Source: Candidatus Heimdallarchaeota archaeon (GTDB taxonomy: Archaea > Asgardarchaeota > Heimdallarchaeia > Heimdallarchaeales > Kariarchaeaceae). Taken from it: DNA of 64,000 nucleotides. The stretch spans positions 134,357 through 198,356 of the forward strand of contig JASBSB010000001.1 of assembly GCA_030149205.1 (NCBI GenBank). Direction: 5' to 3'. The position numbers and the translations under genes are program-made. Positions 56,446-64,000 of this stretch are shown one piece after another; position 1 is the first letter of the stretch, and the number at the start of each line of letters is the position of its first letter. Under the pieces are notes generated by a model, which was not told the origin of the DNA, did not search any database, and worked only from the letters and a program-made list of their open reading frames with translations.

Positions 56446-57897
56446 ATGAATGACGATCGAATTGTCTTGCTCAGTGTAGGAATTGATATTGGGTCTTCTA
56501 CCAGTCACTTGGTATTTAGTAACATTACATTAGAGAGAAATGAGCATTCTTACTCAAGAAGGTTTGAAATTGTAGACAGAAAGGTTGTATTTTCATCCAT
56601 TATAATCGATACCCCCTTACTGAATCCCACAACAATAGATGTAAAACAATTGGTTAAATTCTTACAAGATCAGTACGAACTTGCAAAAATTACAAAAGAG
56701 CAGGTACAGACTGGTGTGGTCATAGTTACCGGTGAAACAGCAAAGAAGGAAAATGCAAAAGAAATAGTTGAAACCTTGGCAGAAGATGCAGGAAGCTTTG
56801 TTGCTGCAACAGCTGGACCAAATTTTGAGTCACTAATTGCAGCATATGGAAGTGGTGCAGTTCAAAGGTCAGAACGGGAAGAAATAGCAATTCTTTCATG
56901 TGATATCGGAGGAGGCACCTCGAACATTGCCATTTCTAAAGGTGGCTTAGTCCAAGAAACCTCCTGTATTTCAGTCGGAGGTCGACTCATCGCATTTGAC
57001 AAGGATAGGATTATAACCAGGATTGATGGACCAGGAAGACTGGTACTTGATGAACTGGGACTGAATCTAAATATAGGTTCTGAGATAACAGAGACCCAAC
57101 AGAAACAGGTTGCTGAAAGGCTTGCGACTGCATTACTAAATAGTATTACTCGAAACCATTCGGATAAGCTTGTTGATAAACTTCTGATGACGGAAAACGT
57201 TTCAATACCTATTTCAGAAATCGACGAGGTGTTCTACTCTGGTGGAGTCTCAGAGTTTGTTTATGGATCAAAAAGAGAGTACTATAATGATCTAGGATAC
57301 GAGCTAGGTAAAGCAATTAAGGTCAAAACAGAAGAATTAGGGATCCAAATGTTTGAACCAGAAAATAAAATTAGGGCAACGGTAATTGGTGCTGGAAACT
57401 ATACACTTCAGGTGTCAGGTTCTACCTGTTTCCTAGATGATATGGATTTTCCAATAAAAAATATACCCGTCTTGGAAGCAAACATCCAAAGAGAATTCTT
57501 GAGTGAAGATCATGTAATAGAAGAGATTTCTAAGGCTTTCAAGAGATTTGACTTCATTGAAGGAGAAGAGATAGTAGCTTTTCACTTTAAAGATCCTGTG
57601 AGAGCTGCATATCAAAAATTGAAGACCTTTGCGATCTCATTAGAGAAAGCACTTCCTAACACAATAAAGTCAGGGATACCTGTGATCTTGATTTTTGAAA
57701 GAGATATTGGAAATTCGGTTGGGAATGTAATCAGACGTGAAACAGCCATTGAAGATAATCTCATAAGTATTGATGAGATACATGTAAAAGAAGGAGATTG
57801 GATAGACATTGGCAAACCAATGGTAAGTGGTCAAGTTGTTCCAGTAACTGTCAAATCATTAGTCTTCTCCAAAACAAACAATAATAATGGAAGATAA
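56446..57897 (+). CDS. eutA: EutA-like ASKHA-fold ATPase (ethanolamine ammonia-lyase reactivase family).
   Basis: It is collinear with E. coli EutA in three regions. LLSVGIDIGSSTSHLVFSNITLERN matches LLSVGIDLGTTTTQVIFSRLELVNR. VIVTGETAKKENA...FVAATAGPNFESLIAAYGSGA matches IIITGESAKTRNA...FVVASAGPHLESVIAGRGAGA. The C-terminal GDWIDIGKPMVSGQVVPVTVKSLVF matches GDYIDIGTPLFGGSVVPVTVKSLAF. The start is placed at the ATG at 56446 (MNDDRIV). Confidence 0.75.
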   Translation: MNDDRIVLLSVGIDIGSSTSHLVFSNITLERNEHSYSRRFEIVDRKVVFSSIIIDTPLLNPTTIDVKQLVKFLQDQYELAKITKEQVQTGVVIVTGETAKKENAKEIVETLAEDAGSFVAATAGPNFESLIAAYGSGAVQRSEREEIAILSCDIGGGTSNIAISKGGLVQETSCISVGGRLIAFDKDRIITRIDGPGRLVLDELGLNLNIGSEITETQQKQVAERLATALLNSITRNHSDKLVDKLLMTENVSIPISEIDEVFYSGGVSEFVYGSKREYYNDLGYELGKAIKVKTEELGIQMFEPENKIRATVIGAGNYTLQVSGSTCFLDDMDFPIKNIPVLEANIQREFLSEDHVIEEISKAFKRFDFIEGEEIVAFHFKDPVRAAYQKLKTFAISLEKALPNTIKSGIPVILIFERDIGNSVGNVIRRETAIEDNLISIDEIHVKEGDWIDIGKPMVSGQVVPVTVKSLVFSKTNNNNGR

Positions 57898-57919
57898 ACA
57901 AATTACACCTAAGACCTAT

Positions 57920-58405
57920 TCACTTTGAGTAAGCTGTTTTGATAGTCTCCCGAATATCCTGTCGAACATTCCCCGGGAGCTCTTTTAACATTTCAAGAAC
58001 GGATTTAACCTCCGTTGGAATGTCTCTTTTGACGAAATTGTCATAGCCAACAACAACTCTGGAAATGTAGCCTGACGCACAGATCTCTCCAGTTTCTTTG
58101 TTCACAATAACATGATTTGTTGTGAAGGAATGATTTCCAATCCTAGAAACATAACACAAAACTTCTACCTCATCACCAAATTTCAACGGATGGTGAAAGC
58201 TGGTCTTATGTTCAATTATTGGTAGCAAAAAATCCAACTTTTTGTGAGCTTCCCAATCCAATCCATAATACCGAAGAATTCCTAAAAAATTCTCATCAAA
58301 GTAAGTGGCAAATGACCCAAAGTACAGTATACCAGCTGCATCCGTGTCACTGAATCTCACTATCTCAGTTGTTTTATACATAGTAAATAGTCTCGAGAAG
58401 GTCAT
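57920..58405 (-). CDS. Hotdog-fold acyl-CoA thioesterase (4HBT/YbgC-like).
   Basis: The sequence VRFSDTDAAGILYFGSFATYFDE carries the conserved D of 4HBT thioesterases. The protein is 161 aa. Confidence 0.7.
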   Translation of the reverse strand: MTFSRLFTMYKTTEIVRFSDTDAAGILYFGSFATYFDENFLGILRYYGLDWEAHKKLDFLLPIIEHKTSFHHPLKFGDEVEVLCYVSRIGNHSFTTNHVIVNKETGEICASGYISRVVVGYDNFVKRDIPTEVKSVLEMLKELPGNVRQDIRETIKTAYSK

Positions 58406-58460
58406 ATAAATTTAGCTTAAGAGATAAAGTTTGATGTTTACTCAACTAAATTTCCATTGA

Positions 58461-58802
58461 TCAGATTGACTTTTCTCTCAGAGTTGATATCTTTACGATG
58501 CGAGGTTTCTCAATCGTAATTGATTCTACTACCTGTCGGGAAATCCACTTTGAGATAGTCTTAAACTGTCTGATATCGTTGACTATTTCCTTTCCTCGAT
58601 TAGTTAGCTTAAACAGACTAAACCTTTGAACTACCAACCCATCATCCATAAACTCTTTTAAGAAGCGATTTGTGGTTTTAGCCTTAAGCCCAAATTCCAT
58701 AAGCTCTTTAATTGTTCCAAGTCCCAGTGAATCTAGTGCAACCAAAGTTTTTGCCCTTAATGGTGTTCGAAGGCTATAGGGATAATCATCCTTGTCGAAC
58801 AT
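58461..58802 (-). CDS. Winged-helix transcriptional regulator-like protein.
   Basis: It is 113 aa with an HTH-like KELMEFGLKAKTTNRFLKEFMDDGLVVQR. Confidence 0.4.
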   Translation of the reverse strand: MFDKDDYPYSLRTPLRAKTLVALDSLGLGTIKELMEFGLKAKTTNRFLKEFMDDGLVVQRFSLFKLTNRGKEIVNDIRQFKTISKWISRQVVESITIEKPRIVKISTLREKSI

Positions 58803-58843
58803 GACATCAAATGAGTTTCAAGATATAAAAACTCATGACTAAT

Positions 58844-60520
58844 TCAACTGGGTGTTAGTATATACCTAGTAAACCAATCAAATACTGCTTCAGACGAACT
58901 AATAGGATCATCTTTGGCTTTCCATGCAAGTGTGCTTATCGTATCCTCATCATTTAGGGTAAATTCATTTGAAAACAAGGATTTTCGTGTAAATTTGTAA
59001 TCTGATTCTAATATATTCCGATTTAAAAAATTTGAAAAGCTGGATTTAGCCTTAGAAAACAATGAATCAGTACGTTCGATCTCTATTTCAGAGTGGTTAA
59101 CATCACTCATTGCCTCCAGCAATTCGATAGGTGAAGCATCAAAGCTTTTGAAACTAAACATGCCCTCTGAACTCTTGTTAATTAGCAAAGCAATTGCACG
59201 AGATAAATCTAGTTCAGTTATCCATGAAATTTTATTCTTACCAGAGCTTGGTAATGAGATCCTCTGAAGTTTCACACCTTTGCAAAATTCAAATGTAAGT
59301 TCTCTATCAAAAGCACCGAAGTAGAATCCTGGTCTTAGTATGCTTAATTTGGGATAGTAGGGTTCTTCCTTTTCACTAGGCTGATCTGAAAGGTCTGGAT
59401 CAAGAGATTCTTCAACTGTATTACTTAAATTAGGGACATTGGGTTTACCATCTAAGTTAGGGACACTGGGTTTACCATCCAAGTTGGGAACGCTCGATTT
59501 ACCATCCAAGTTGGGGACATTGGGTTTACCATCTAAGTTAGGGATACCAGGCTTATTGTCTAAATTGGGGACACTGGGTTTGCCATCTAGATTAGGGACA
59601 CTGGGTTTACCATCCAAGTTGGGGACACTCGGTTTGCCATCTAAGTTGGGGACACTCGATTTGCCATCCAAGTTGGGGACACTGGGTTTACCATCTAAGT
59701 TAGGGATACTAGGCTTATTGTCTAAATTGGGGACACTCGGTTTGCCATCTAGATTGGGGACATTGGGTTTACCATGTAAATTGGGGACACTCGGTTTGCC
59801 ATCCAAGTTGGGGACACTCGGTTTGCCATCCAAGTTGGGGACACTCGGTTTGCCATCCAAGTTGGGGACACTCGGTTTGCCATCTAGATTGGGGACATTG
59901 GGTTTGCCATCCAAGTTAGGTGAAGAAGTAGAGATTTTTATATTTTTATCAGATTCCGAAGGGTCTTCATTTGTGTTTGATTTGAATCCTGTTCCTTCGG
60001 AGGACCTTATAGAATCCATCCATTCATCGTAATTTGAAGGTGTTCCAAAGTCTGAATGAGAGAAGTAGTTTTTACATACTTCAATTGCTCCAATCAAAGA
60101 CAAATGATAAGGGTCATTCGTGTCATAATCAGAGTCGGGAGAGATAAATTTCATAGAGTTCCAACTTAAGAACATTGGAACCACGCTTATGACCTGTTTG
60201 ACCTTTTTCTCCTTTGCAATAGCCAGCAAATTGATTAACCCCTGTCTATGTAGTATCATAGAATCCATTGATGAAAGTCTTGGATTCAAGGAGAAATCAA
60301 CTTGGCCGTTTACCACAATATCATTTTCTTGAAATATATGTTTTAAGCTCTCAGGATATCTGACATCTGCAAGATGTAAATCAAACCTTTGAAATATCCC
60401 TCGTGGAGCAGACCCCTCAGAGCTGCAAAATACCAGATCCTTAATTGGCATCCGTGGAATGAGATATCTTGCAAAGATACTTCCCACCAAATAATCCACT
60501 CCAAGAATGACAACTCTCAT
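58844..60520 (-). CDS. NAD(P)-binding Rossmann (epimerase/NmrA-like) protein interrupted by about 18 tandem PNLDGKPSV nonapeptide repeats.
   Basis: The N-terminus MRVVILGVDYLVGSIFARYL is a GxxGxxG-like dinucleotide fold. An epimerase-like C-terminal domain (LRPGFYFG...) is present. The central approximately 165 aa is low-complexity repeat. Confidence 0.55.
   Translation of the reverse strand: MRVVILGVDYLVGSIFARYLIPRMPIKDLVFCSSEGSAPRGIFQRFDLHLADVRYPESLKHIFQENDIVVNGQVDFSLNPRLSSMDSMILHRQGLINLLAIAKEKKVKQVISVVPMFLSWNSMKFISPDSDYDTNDPYHLSLIGAIEVCKNYFSHSDFGTPSNYDEWMDSIRSSEGTGFKSNTNEDPSESDKNIKISTSSPNLDGKPNVPNLDGKPSVPNLDGKPSVPNLDGKPSVPNLDGKPSVPNLHGKPNVPNLDGKPSVPNLDNKPSIPNLDGKPSVPNLDGKSSVPNLDGKPSVPNLDGKPSVPNLDGKPSVPNLDNKPGIPNLDGKPNVPNLDGKSSVPNLDGKPSVPNLDGKPNVPNLSNTVEESLDPDLSDQPSEKEEPYYPKLSILRPGFYFGAFDRELTFEFCKGVKLQRISLPSSGKNKISWITELDLSRAIALLINKSSEGMFSFKSFDASPIELLEAMSDVNHSEIEIERTDSLFSKAKSSFSNFLNRNILESDYKFTRKSLFSNEFTLNDEDTISTLAWKAKDDPISSSEAVFDWFTRYILTPS
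59415..59915. repeat. Array of about 18 near-identical 27-nt tandem repeats (unit ggggacactcggtttgccatccaagtt) inside a CDS.
   Basis: The repeats are directly visible in the sequence. Units differ at only 1-3 positions. They are in frame and encode PNLDGKPSV on the minus strand. There are no unique spacers, so this is not CRISPR. Confidence 0.85.
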
Positions 60521-60634
60521 AAATTAAATATTAGCTTTACGCTTAAATTTATTTTGGAAAGGAATAAACATTTGTCCGTCCAAGTTTTCCAAAAAACTTT
60601 TAATTTAGACTATGAATCATAATACTATTTTGGA

Positions 60635-60919
60635 GTGAACTTATTGGAACAAAACGATTCTGATCTAACTACTTGGTTGAGACTCGGGGAACTTGAAAAA
60701 GTGAACTTATTGGCGGTTCATTCAGATTTACCCATCGAAATATTAGTAACTGCAGCTAAAGACTCGTCTCTAAGTGTGAGGATGTCCCTACTGTCACACT
60801 TACACTCCATTTCTCCTTTAAATTTTAATATAGTAAGAATTCTTCAGATGGTTGAAACAAAAGACCCCGAAGACATTGTCAGAAAATCAGCAAGCCATAT
60901 ACTTAAGAAGGTCAGGTAG
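60635..60919 (+). CDS. Hypothetical small protein.
   Basis: It is a 94-aa ORF and weak. It could be spurious. Confidence 0.25.
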   Translation: MNLLEQNDSDLTTWLRLGELEKVNLLAVHSDLPIEILVTAAKDSSLSVRMSLLSHLHSISPLNFNIVRILQMVETKDPEDIVRKSASHILKKVR

Positions 60920-61604
60920 ATTTAATTAAATTCGCTATACGTACAGCTATAGCAGCAGCAGAAATACCATTCCCTATGTTGACCACTGATAAACCAGGGG
61001 AACAGGATTGTAGAGCAGAAAACAAGGCTGCCTCACCTTGTCCTCCTTTCCCATATCCAACAGGAGAGGGTACTGCAATTACAGGTATTGAAAACAAAGA
61101 ATTAACAACTGAGAACAGAGCACCCTCAAAACCTGCAACTACAATAACTGAGGTGAAATCTGCCTCATCAATGTTAGAATAGAGAGACGAGAGTCTTCTT
61201 AAATTTGCGACACCAACATCTTGGTAACTTTCAAAGCCTAAACCATGAAATTCTAAAGCTAATGCAATTTCTTCAACAACAGAAATATCACTTGATCCCC
61301 CAGATAGGATTAATACTTTACCTGTTCGTATCTTTGGTTTACCACCCCCAATAATATAAGTTGACCCAAATCTGGATTTTTTGTAAACTGTCACATTTTT
61401 CTCTTTTAATAGATAAGCCTGTTCCTTAGTCACTTTAGAGAGCAGAAAAAGAGTATCATTTAGATTGTCTGTGATTTGATCTAATATTTCTAGAAAGACC
61501 TCATTTGGTTTTCCTTCACAATAAATTACCTCAGTGAACCCTTGACGGTTCTCCCTATCAAACTCAAAATTAAAGTATTCACTCATTTTATTCACGACCT
61601 CCAT
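60912..61604 (-). CDS. larB: LarB-like PurE-family protein (pyridinium-3,5-biscarboxylic acid mononucleotide synthase; COG1691).
   Basis: It has a PurE-like fold with GKVLILSGGSSD...VIVVAGFEGAL...VIAVPSPVGYG. It is adjacent to the DUF111 larC-like gene. An alternative ATG at 61586 would abut the larC stop. Confidence 0.6.
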   Translation of the reverse strand: MEVVNKMSEYFNFEFDRENRQGFTEVIYCEGKPNEVFLEILDQITDNLNDTLFLLSKVTKEQAYLLKEKNVTVYKKSRFGSTYIIGGGKPKIRTGKVLILSGGSSDISVVEEIALALEFHGLGFESYQDVGVANLRRLSSLYSNIDEADFTSVIVVAGFEGALFSVVNSLFSIPVIAVPSPVGYGKGGQGEAALFSALQSCSPGLSVVNIGNGISAAAIAVRIANLIKST

Positions 61605-62835
61605 CTTTAACTATATCTTGTTTCTTAGTTTTCTCCTTATTTGATTCAATCTTTTCAATAGCTTGATCAAAAGAGAGTCTTTGTTGAAGCTCTAAAGGAG
61701 TAATACCAAGATGCTTTGCTGCATTCTGAAGATCTTCAAATTCATATTTCTTGGAATATAACCCACGTTTAATTCGTATTTGTGGGTTCATGTCAACAAC
61801 AGATTCAACTTTTCTACCGCTGATATGACGGAATGCTGTCGTTATTCTAACACCTAATGTCCCAGTTTCCCTCATCACCAGTTCTGAGACCTTATCAACA
61901 TCTTGAATTTTAGTTAGTACTCTTAAACACCAACCTGGCCTGTTTTTTTTCATAATTAGAGGATAGTAGGAGACATCCAATGCACCAGCGGTTGCTAAAC
62001 TTTCAAAACTGTGACCGAGGAATTCTCCAGAGATATCATCCAAATGTGTCTCTATAACTGCAATTTCAGAGGGAGTTTGTGCTAAATAGCCAATTCTAAG
62101 TCGAAGAAAGTTTGAAAAGTTCTCGAACTCTTTGACCCCAAATCCTAATGCAGATCCAGTCCAAATTACTTGGTTCACAGATTTGAAATTCTGAAATAAT
62201 GAGCGAATAATTGACGCTCCGGTTGGTGTGAGGAACTCTCCTGAAACGATGGAGGGTACTGTCTGTAGTGGAACTCCCTCCAAAATTTTCAGAGTAACTG
62301 GACTGGGAACAGGAACGACACCATGAGAGGTTTTAACTCTTCCAGATCCGACATTAATTGGAGAAAACCCAACAAATTGAACGCTGAGAAAATCTAAGAG
62401 GTATGCTGTTGAATAAATATCAAAAAGAGTATCTAAAGTCCCAAGCTCATGTAAATGAAGATGCTTGGTTTCAACACCATGAACATCCTTTTCTGAACTT
62501 ACCAACAAATCTAGTGCTTCCTGCCCAAATGACCTGTATTTTTCTCTTAAATTAGTACTAAATTCAACTAGGTTGTTCGATAATTCTTGAACCGTTTGCC
62601 TTTTTTCGAGACCAGTTAACATGAGTTGGTAACCAGAAAATCCGTGACTATTGACCTTTTTAAGATCAATTGTTACTCCTTCGCTGACCTTTGAAAACTT
62701 GGTTAAAATGTTCTCCAAAACCTTAATTCGATCAGATTCAGATAACAGACCTAGTAAGGCTGAAACCACCATATCACCCGAAGCCCCAGCCACAGCGGCA
62801 TCAACCCAGAGAACCAAATTTGTAATTTTCTTCAA
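61588..62835 (-). CDS. larC: LarC-like DUF111 protein (nickel insertion into the pincer nucleotide cofactor).
   Basis: The N-terminus LWVDAAVAGASGDMVVSALLGL matches the DUF111 hallmark xhDxxxGhSGDMhhgAL. The protein is 415 aa. Confidence 0.7.
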   Translation of the reverse strand: MKKITNLVLWVDAAVAGASGDMVVSALLGLLSESDRIKVLENILTKFSKVSEGVTIDLKKVNSHGFSGYQLMLTGLEKRQTVQELSNNLVEFSTNLREKYRSFGQEALDLLVSSEKDVHGVETKHLHLHELGTLDTLFDIYSTAYLLDFLSVQFVGFSPINVGSGRVKTSHGVVPVPSPVTLKILEGVPLQTVPSIVSGEFLTPTGASIIRSLFQNFKSVNQVIWTGSALGFGVKEFENFSNFLRLRIGYLAQTPSEIAVIETHLDDISGEFLGHSFESLATAGALDVSYYPLIMKKNRPGWCLRVLTKIQDVDKVSELVMRETGTLGVRITTAFRHISGRKVESVVDMNPQIRIKRGLYSKKYEFEDLQNAAKHLGITPLELQQRLSFDQAIEKIESNKEKTKKQDIVKDGGRE

Positions 62836-63012
62836 TATGTCTGCTTATTTAGATTTTTGAAAAAATTATCTAAAGGGGGACACGAATAGAGGAATTTTAT
62901 AACACGACACTGTATTTTTGGACTCTTTTATATATTAAATTTTATATTATACGATTCCAAAGACGATAAGAAATAAATACACCTGTAGGGGAAGGTTCGA
63001 GATTGAGAATTT

Positions 63013-64000
63013 ATGGTCAGAGACTTAATCGAAAGAGTGAAAAATTTTTATTCCTCTGAGCACCCATTCTCCGAATTAACACTTTCTGAGTTTGATATTC
63101 AATTAAAGGCAGCCTTTGAAACCAGACAATACTTCTCTTTAGGAAAGAATTCTGTTGTGGTTCCGGGATGGATACTTGAGCAACTTGCCCCTGGTGGAAA
63201 GGCAAAGCATGGTTTAGCTGCACTGCCAATCATTTCAAACAATGAGTATAGAGATTACTATGCGGTGGGGTCTCCTGATTCTAGTATTGAACCTGTAATA
63301 GACCATAGAGGAGGTATAATCCCAAAACCTGACTCCTACACTCTCGTTGTAGGGACAATTGTAAATGATAAACCAATTTACTCCTCTGAAGCAGGTAAAA
63401 TTGATATTCAGCTCCATGATGACGGATTCCCTATAGTCATGGTGAATTGGAAAGTTGACGGAGATGAATGCTCGTATGAATGTGTTGCAGACAGAGATGA
63501 AGAAGGAGTAGAGACTCTCGCTATCAATGTTGTTAGAGGTTTTGCTAATCACCAACTACTTCTGACACTCACACCACTTGATCAGGTGAAACTTACAAGG
63601 GTTGAGACCCTTGAATGGATGGATAAGTCCCAGACATTAATTGTCAATGGGAAAGCACAAATCAAAGTTTCAGAAAAGCCCCTCAACGCTGTTGCATTAC
63701 CTATTGAAAGAGGTCATGCTGGAAGGTGGGTCAATAAGCTTGAACCATCACACGTAGCGACTTGTAAATCTCAAGCTGCTTCGTGGGCCGTAAGGTTTCC
63801 TGTAAGAACCAGAGTTTCAATTCTTGTTAACTTGACTGAGGGACAAGAATTTGAGATGGTTGACTCTGATGATGTAGAGGATAAATGGATAGAGGAGATT
63901 GAAAACTTTCCAATAATCCACACTGGAGACCCTTTAGTTGACACTTTGTTTAAGAATAGTGCAATAACACTGAGATTACTCCTCGATAAAATCAATGATG
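63013..64000 (+). CDS. Hypothetical protein, partial (3' end beyond the window). It is not in the supplied ORF track.
   Basis: An open frame from ATG 63013 runs to the window edge without a stop. I verified this codon by codon, giving 329+ aa beginning MVRDLIERVKNFYSSEHPF... The called minus-strand ORFs at 63017..63995 are its antisense shadows. Confidence 0.5.
   Translation, partial: MVRDLIERVKNFYSSEHPFSELTLSEFDIQLKAAFETRQYFSLGKNSVVVPGWILEQLAPGGKAKHGLAALPIISNNEYRDYYAVGSPDSSIEPVIDHRGGIIPKPDSYTLVVGTIVNDKPIYSSEAGKIDIQLHDDGFPIVMVNWKVDGDECSYECVADRDEEGVETLAINVVRGFANHQLLLTLTPLDQVKLTRVETLEWMDKSQTLIVNGKAQIKVSEKPLNAVALPIERGHAGRWVNKLEPSHVATCKSQAASWAVRFPVRTRVSILVNLTEGQEFEMVDSDDVEDKWIEEIENFPIIHTGDPLVDTLFKNSAITLRLLLDKIND

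Noticed and set aside
59415-59915. The tandem repeats as a possible CRISPR array.
   Set aside because: The units are contiguous with no unique spacers. They lie in frame within a protein-coding gene. No cas genes or leader are present.
59439-60032. A 197-aa plus-strand ORF encoding LGTLGLPSKLG repeats.
   Set aside because: It is the antisense shadow of the 27-nt tandem repeat inside the minus-strand epimerase-like gene. The minus-strand frame is part of a 558-aa ORF with recognisable domains.
63017-63995. Three minus-strand ORFs (70, 106 and 74 aa) from the ORF track.
   Set aside because: They are short, low-complexity antisense ORFs. They lie opposite a continuous 329+ aa plus-strand open frame (63013..64000) that starts with ATG after a divergent promoter region.

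Overview
This window is an AT-rich archaeal chromosomal segment. The gene content suggests an ammonia-oxidising Thaumarchaeota/Nitrososphaerota-like genome: archaeal TBP, TFE, thermosome, class I LysRS, archaeal-type GlyRS, RpoK/RpoP, aIF1, archaeal MetAP, a PAC2-family protein, and a plastocyanin-like blue copper protein carrying a PGF-CTERM-like sorting tail. Coding density is high on both strands and there are no rRNA, tRNA or CRISPR loci. The main find is at the left end, roughly 550..8600. A markedly lower-GC island sits next to the tbp gene. It holds a tightly overlapping five-gene minus-strand operon built around a catalytically inactive Argonaute (PIWI-domain) protein. The operon ends with a Cas4/RecB-like PD-(D/E)XK nuclease that has an Fe-S cysteine cluster, and it includes three uncharacterised partner proteins, one with a winged-helix N-terminus. 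A stand-alone DUF4238 gene, a family found in defence islands, lies immediately upstream. This is a candidate undescribed pAgo-based defence module in an archaeon. Other items worth a second look are listed here. (1) The aIF1/SUI1 gene and one other gene have N-terminal CxxC zinc-ribbon coding sequence upstream of any canonical start codon. (2) A NOL1/NOP2/Sun-family homolog has both catalytic cysteines replaced, so it looks like a pseudo-methyltransferase. (3) There are two Rab/Ras-like small GTPases. (4) An orphan EutA-like reactivase and an orphan CheR-like methyltransferase are present. (5) Nickel-pincer cofactor genes larB and larC are adjacent, with a distant larE and no larA identified. 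(6) An epimerase-like gene is interrupted by about 18 near-perfect 27-nt tandem repeats encoding PNLDGKPSV. (7) There is an MFS-DUF47 fusion, and an NfeD(+RING-like finger)/flotillin pair. (8) There are two ECF-type transporter clusters, one with a DUF4430 protein. (9) A partial unannotated plus-strand ORF runs off the right edge at 63013..64000.
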